This document shows positions 27,389-32,000 of a stretch of DNA of 32,000 nt, one piece after another (the stretch's first letter is position 1; each line of letters begins with the position of its first letter). A program made the position numbers and the translations under genes. The notes beneath the pieces are model-generated. The model was given only the letters and a program-made list of their open reading frames with translations, did not search any database and had not been told where the DNA came from. The stretch is from Candidatus Nitrosopumilus koreensis AR1 (GTDB taxonomy: Archaea; Thermoproteota; Nitrososphaeria; Nitrososphaerales; Nitrosopumilaceae): assembly GCF_000299365.1 (NCBI RefSeq), contig NC_018655.1, positions 330,001 through 362,000 of the forward strand, read 5' to 3'.

Positions 27389-27535
27389 ATGTCTTCTGAA
27401 ACAAAAGAAGAAGAGGAATTTGCAATTTGTGTAGAATGTGGTAATTCTATTGAAAAATGTGTTTGTGTTTGTCCCTATTGTGGTGAGCGAGATAAGTGCA
27501 AATGTGCATTGTTTGATGCAGCAACCGGAGGATAA
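27389..27535 (+). CDS. 48-aa cysteine-rich protein with 8 Cys, putative zinc-binding
   Basis: ATG at 27389 to TAA at 27533-27535: MSSETKEEEEFAICVECGNSIEKCVCVCPYCGERDKCKCALFDAATGG. Not on the ORF track. Confidence 0.65.
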   Translation: MSSETKEEEEFAICVECGNSIEKCVCVCPYCGERDKCKCALFDAATGG

Positions 27536-27583
27536 GAATTTGGTAAAATTGCTTATTGTTATGCATTTTGTAGGTGAACAACT

Positions 27584-29494
27584 ATGAGTTCTGTTGATTT
27601 TACATGGTTAATTGGAGGTCCTCAGGGTAGCGGGGTTGAATCTGGCGCAAATATCTTCTCTAGGGTTTGTGCTGAAATGGGTTATCAAGTATTTGGAAAA
27701 AGAGAATTTTATTCAAACATCAAGGGGGAGCATAGTTATTTTGCTGTAAGAATATCTGATCAAAAAATTCATTCAAATGTAAATGATGTAACATTAATGG
27801 CATCTTTTGATGCTGAAACAATCTTCCGTCATTATGATGAAGTTATTTCAGGTGGTGGAATAATTTATGATACGGATCTTGAAGATATAACTACTGATAA
27901 GGTCCATACACTTGATGATCCCTTCAAACAAAGACTACACAAAGAACTAGAATCCCATAACAAACCATTTTCAGTTGCTGGTGTTTTAGAAATTGCAAAA
28001 GAAAAAGGTGTTTTATTGTATCCTGTATCCTTCAAGTCTATTCTTGAAACACTAGCTGAAGAGACTGAAAATCCACGTCTAAAGGGATTGATTAGGATGT
28101 TCAATGTTATCGGTGTCTCTCTATCATTGGGATTAGTCAAAATGCCTACTGGCTCGTTACAAAAAACAATCGGAACGATTTTTTCAAATAAGCAAGAGAT
28201 TGCAAAAATTAATCAACAAGCTGCAAACTATTCTTATAATTATGCAACTGCAAAATTTGAAAATTTTAATCATACCTTAACTGGAATTCAAAAAGAACCT
28301 GAAACACTTTTGGTTCAAGGATTTCAAGGAACAGCGTTGGGAAAAATGGCATGTGGTTGTAGAATGCAATCATACTATCCTATAACTCCAGCTTCAGATG
28401 AATCTGTATTTTTAGAATCAAATGAAATTTTGGAGATAATAGATGACCGTCCTGGTTCTACTGCAGTTATTCAAACTGAAGATGAGATTTGTGCTATAGG
28501 TATGGCCATTGGTAGCGCTTTGACTGGAACGCGTTCAGCAACCTGTACTTCTGGTCCGGGGTTTTCTTTGATGGCTGAGATGCTAGGTTGGGCAGGAATA
28601 AATGAGGTGCCCATAGTGATTACCAATTATCAAAGAAGTGGACCTTCAACTGGATTGCCAACACGACACGGACAAGATGATTTACTTTTCTCAGTTTATG
28701 CTGGTCATGGTGATTTTCCAAAAATTGTTTATGCTTCAGGTGACGTTGAAGAGAGTTTCTATGATACTGGAAACGTTTTCAATTATGCTGATGTTTTTCA
28801 GGTTCCAGTCATTCATCTGATGGATAAATTCATTGCAAGTTCTGTTGTAACTTGCAAAAGATTTGACACCTCTAAAATCTCAATTAACCGAGGAAAACTC
28901 TTAGAAAAAGTAGAAGATGGGTATCAGCGATTTGCATTTACTGATGATGGTGTGTCTCCCCGCTCAAGATTGGGAATTGACAATGGAATTTTCTGGAATA
29001 CTGGAGATGAATCCGATGAGGCTGGCCATATTTCGGAAGATCCTATACTGCGTGCAAAGATGATGGATAAGAGAATGTCTCGCCTTGACTTGATTCTCAA
29101 AGAGATTCCAGATGTAGAAAAGGCTGTTTCTTTTGGTGTTGAGGACTATACTATAATTTCATGGGGTTCTGCAAAGGGACCAATAATTGATGCAATTGAA
29201 ATGCTCAAAAAAGAAGGAATTTCTATTGGGTTTGTACAACTCAAACTTTTACACCCATTTCCTGGTGATTACATTTCATCTTTACTAAAAGACGCAAAGA
29301 CAATCATTGATGTTGAAGCAAATTATTCTGCACAACTAGGGAAATTATTCAAACAAAATGTAAAAAGAGACATCGATTATTCTATATTAAAATACACTGG
29401 CAGAGCAATGACTAGTACTGAAGTTTATGATTCACTTAAGAAAATTGTTGAAAACAAGGCAGATTCTAGGGAGGTTTTAATGCATGGCGCTTAA
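27584..29494 (+). CDS. korA: 2-oxoacid:ferredoxin oxidoreductase, fused gamma-alpha subunit
   Basis: [41 protein letters not shown]...[16 protein letters not shown]...[36 protein letters not shown]. Confidence 0.92.
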   Translation: MSSVDFTWLIGGPQGSGVESGANIFSRVCAEMGYQVFGKREFYSNIKGEHSYFAVRISDQKIHSNVNDVTLMASFDAETIFRHYDEVISGGGIIYDTDLEDITTDKVHTLDDPFKQRLHKELESHNKPFSVAGVLEIAKEKGVLLYPVSFKSILETLAEETENPRLKGLIRMFNVIGVSLSLGLVKMPTGSLQKTIGTIFSNKQEIAKINQQAANYSYNYATAKFENFNHTLTGIQKEPETLLVQGFQGTALGKMACGCRMQSYYPITPASDESVFLESNEILEIIDDRPGSTAVIQTEDEICAIGMAIGSALTGTRSATCTSGPGFSLMAEMLGWAGINEVPIVITNYQRSGPSTGLPTRHGQDDLLFSVYAGHGDFPKIVYASGDVEESFYDTGNVFNYADVFQVPVIHLMDKFIASSVVTCKRFDTSKISINRGKLLEKVEDGYQRFAFTDDGVSPRSRLGIDNGIFWNTGDESDEAGHISEDPILRAKMMDKRMSRLDLILKEIPDVEKAVSFGVEDYTIISWGSAKGPIIDAIEMLKKEGISIGFVQLKLLHPFPGDYISSLLKDAKTIIDVEANYSAQLGKLFKQNVKRDIDYSILKYTGRAMTSTEVYDSLKKIVENKADSREVLMHGA

Positions 29495-30446
29495 GATGGC
29501 AGACTTCAAAACTGATGTCCATAATGATTGGTGTCCTGGATGTGGTGATTTTGGAATTGTAAATGCTATTCAGATGGCCCTAGCTGAAATGGGGGTTCAA
29601 AGAGATAAAACTACAATATTTTCTGGAGTTGGGTGCTCTGGTAAGACATCTCACTTCATCAATACATATGGTGTACATACTTTACATGGTAGAGTCTTAA
29701 CGTTTGCACAAGGAGCCAAAATTGCAAATCCAGAAATGACTGTTGTTGCAGTTGGTGGTGATGGTGATGGTTTGGGAATAGGTGCGGGACATTTTGTTGC
29801 AGCAGGCAGACGTAATGTAAACATGACCTACATAATATTTGATAATGGTGTTTATGGATTGACAAAGGGACAAGCGTCTCCCACATTAAAGCTTGGAGAG
29901 AAGACAAAATCACTTCCTTCTCCAAACACAAATTATAATGTTAATCCCATTGGATTGGCAGTTGCAAGTGGTTTTACATTTGTTGCACGTGGTTATTCTT
30001 ATGATGTGCGACACCTCAAAGATCTAATTATTCAGGCAGTAAAACATAATGGCCTTTCATTCTTAGATGTACTGCAACCATGTCCAACTTACAATGATCT
30101 TAATACCAGAGATTGGTATGCTGGAACTGATTTAGTAGATGAAGCACAAAAAAGACATTCAAGAATTTACAAACTAGAAGAGCATGGATATGATCCTGCA
30201 GTTCATTTTAATGAAGAGGCAGAAGTAAATGAAAAACTTTCGCAGTCTCTGATTAAATCACTTGAATGGGGAAACAAGATTCCAATTGGTGTATTTTACA
30301 AAAATGAAATCATCACTCCTTATACTGTTAGATTAAGAGATAAAATTCCAAATTATTTGGAAAATCCTCCTGCAAAACAAAACATTGCTAAAAATGGATT
30401 CTCTAATGCTGATATCTCTCAAATTCTAGATTCACTTGAAGTATAA
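29484..30446 (+). CDS. korB: 2-oxoacid:ferredoxin oxidoreductase, beta subunit (TPP-binding)
   Basis: [23 protein letters not shown]...[21 protein letters not shown]...[25 protein letters not shown]. Overlaps the end of korA. Confidence 0.93.
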   Translation: MALKMADFKTDVHNDWCPGCGDFGIVNAIQMALAEMGVQRDKTTIFSGVGCSGKTSHFINTYGVHTLHGRVLTFAQGAKIANPEMTVVAVGGDGDGLGIGAGHFVAAGRRNVNMTYIIFDNGVYGLTKGQASPTLKLGEKTKSLPSPNTNYNVNPIGLAVASGFTFVARGYSYDVRHLKDLIIQAVKHNGLSFLDVLQPCPTYNDLNTRDWYAGTDLVDEAQKRHSRIYKLEEHGYDPAVHFNEEAEVNEKLSQSLIKSLEWGNKIPIGVFYKNEIITPYTVRLRDKIPNYLENPPAKQNIAKNGFSNADISQILDSLEV

Positions 30447-30497
30447 TTTGTTATCCCAAACCAAACAGGTTATAGGCAAGTTTTGTAGAAGTGTATT

Positions 30498-30938
30498 TTG
30501 CATTTGAATATCAACGAGGCAAATACAATCTTCCGAAAATCTATAATCAAGGGTTTTTTTGAACCCCAACTGGTTAACCTAGATTTTAAAAAATCATCTG
30601 TAAAACACCCGGTCATAAATGATGATGGTCTTATGCAATCTGATTTGCTTCACATATTTTTTGATGTAGATACCGGTTCTGATTATCCTGATGGTGATGA
30701 ATGGTTTATTGTAGATATGTTGTTTCCGCATGACGTAAAATTGCCTGATAACCTCAAAGGAACTGATTACTTTACAACCCTTTCAGTAGATGATGGAAAA
30801 ACATACTGGCACCATCGTGAATTAATTCGCTACAAATATGGGAAATCAAAAAAACTCGATCATGCCTTGGAATTTTTAGAATCAAAATACAAGGAACTTC
30901 ATGAATTACTGGAACCACTGCAAAAAGATCTTACTTGA
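30498..30938 (+). CDS. Hypothetical protein
   Basis: 146-aa ORF (LLHIFFDVDTGSDYPDGDEWFIVDMLFPHDVKLPDN...). Confidence 0.55.
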   Translation: MHLNINEANTIFRKSIIKGFFEPQLVNLDFKKSSVKHPVINDDGLMQSDLLHIFFDVDTGSDYPDGDEWFIVDMLFPHDVKLPDNLKGTDYFTTLSVDDGKTYWHHRELIRYKYGKSKKLDHALEFLESKYKELHELLEPLQKDLT

Positions 30939-31464
30939 TTTCTTTCCAAGAATCGCCTTTAAACATAAATTGTTTTTCTGCAGAGGACGCTGTGTTTAAT
31001 CTCCATCTAATTGATTTTGAATCAAACTTGTAACTTACTTCTGTAACATCTGATGGAATTTTTTGAGGATCAAGGTGATAAGGTAATAATTCTAAAACAG
31101 AATCAATTTTCTCTATTGCATTGTCAAACCACTGTTTGTCTTCTGTGTCAATTGTAAAGCCTATTTTTGGATTGCCAGAAAAATTAATGACAATTTTTAA
31201 TGCATTTCCGCTACCTCTTCTCCTCTTCATCTCTTTGAATACCGCCTTTACTTTTTCCCAGCGCTTAAAATCAAACCATTGAAAAAATGCATCATTAAAT
31301 GTAAGTGGTATATCTACATCTAAGAAACTTACAAAATCATCATCATTTGCTTCTATTTCATCTTGAATTATAGTGAAATGAGAATTTAGAAATCCATACA
31401 ACACTTCAATTTCCCATGGTGAAATGCCATAGTAACACAATGTTACATTTAGATTTTCAGACAA
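30931..31464 (-). CDS. Hypothetical protein
   Basis: 177-aa ORF (MSENLNVTLCYYGISPWEIEVLYGFLNSHFTIIQDEIEANDDDFVSFLDVDIPLTF...), convergent with the preceding gene. Confidence 0.6.
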   Translation of the reverse strand: MSENLNVTLCYYGISPWEIEVLYGFLNSHFTIIQDEIEANDDDFVSFLDVDIPLTFNDAFFQWFDFKRWEKVKAVFKEMKRRRGSGNALKIVINFSGNPKIGFTIDTEDKQWFDNAIEKIDSVLELLPYHLDPQKIPSDVTEVSYKFDSKSIRWRLNTASSAEKQFMFKGDSWKEIK

Positions 31465-31562
31465 TGATCTCTAGTCTTAAAAATTGTAATTAAAGCTTCA
31501 ATATGCTAAAATTCGAATAAATTGACCTTAAAATTAAAATTAGATGGAAAGACAGCCTCTTT

Positions 31563-31889
31563 ATGAAAAAAGAGTATGTAGTAAGAAGTATTGATGCTGC
31601 CCCTGATGGCGCACCATATGTGATTGTATCGTTATCTTCTGTAAAAGATCTAAAAGAAGGAACTCAGAACCCTCAAAACCCTTTTGGCAGTCCTAAAGTC
31701 ATGGGATTTTCAAACATGAATGATATGATGAAGGATCTTAACAAAATGTTGTCAGGAATGGGTGGTATGGGAATGCAAAGTGGAGTTACTCAATTAAAAC
31801 TAGAAATGCATGAATACAAAGAGATGGGTCTTTCAGTTGGAGACAAAGTCTTTCTAGAATTAAGTAAAGCAGAATCTCTTGGTGTATGA
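31563..31889 (+). CDS. Hypothetical protein with Met/Gly-rich insert
   Basis: 108-aa ORF: MKKEYVVRSIDAAPDGAPYVIVSLSSV...MNDMMKDLNKMLSGMGGMGMQSGV...LSVGDKVFLELSK. Confidence 0.6.
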   Translation: MKKEYVVRSIDAAPDGAPYVIVSLSSVKDLKEGTQNPQNPFGSPKVMGFSNMNDMMKDLNKMLSGMGGMGMQSGVTQLKLEMHEYKEMGLSVGDKVFLELSKAESLGV

Positions 31890-31890
31890 C

Positions 31891-32000
31891 CTAGAGTATA
31901 GTGTTGAAATATTTCCAAGCATAAAATGCAGCTACAGTTCCAATAACAAAGAGCATTGGTTTCCATGCAAATACTGGAAGGCTAGGCGTTGAAAGTTTTA
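31891..32000 (-). CDS. C-terminal end of a membrane protein, truncated by the window edge
   Basis: Minus-strand frame ...KLSTPSLPVFAWKPMLFVIGTVAAFYAWKYFNTIL*, stop complement at 31891-31893. One TM helix. Confidence 0.5.
   Translation of the reverse strand, partial: KLSTPSLPVFAWKPMLFVIGTVAAFYAWKYFNTIL

Noticed and set aside
27865-28140. Minus-strand 91-aa ORF and other small ORFs inside korA/korB
   Set aside because: Antisense or out of frame within well-conserved kor genes.
1-32000. CRISPR array, transposon, integrase, restriction or toxin-antitoxin system
   Set aside because: No regularly spaced repeats, terminal inverted repeats, or characteristic protein motifs were seen anywhere in the window.

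Overview
This looks like a chromosomal segment of an ammonia-oxidising archaeon (Nitrososphaeria/Thaumarchaeota, Nitrosopumilus-like). The inference rests on AT-rich archaeal gene content and order. Core genes: rpl11-spt5-secE, dtdA, rpl19e/rpl32e, pckA, pfdA-ftsY-argF, rpl18-rps5-rpl30-rpl15-secY-adk-DUF106-cmk-cbf5, and korAB. I saw no mobile element, CRISPR array, defence cassette or biosynthetic cluster, and I do not claim a complete new system. The most notable points are: (1) a local family of secreted proteins at 1.4-4.6 kb sharing a previously unnamed (to me) domain with two conserved Cys, present in four copies over three neighbouring genes, next to another secreted protein built from two histidine-conserving repeats; (2) four places (ftsY twice, a 2-hydroxyacid dehydrogenase, and the adenylate kinase start) where one extra A/T in a homopolymer would restore a conserved protein, which suggests systematic homopolymer under-calling; (3) a class II tRNA-Ser(GGA) with a roughly 14-nt intron and encoded CCA; (4) a pckA whose conserved N-terminus extends past any ATG/GTG/TTG, with a GGAGG-preceded CTG; (5) small genes absent from the ORF track (secE, a Cys-rich mini-protein upstream of kor, a 46-aa ORF, and a possible 31-aa ORF ending at a hairpin/poly-U structure).
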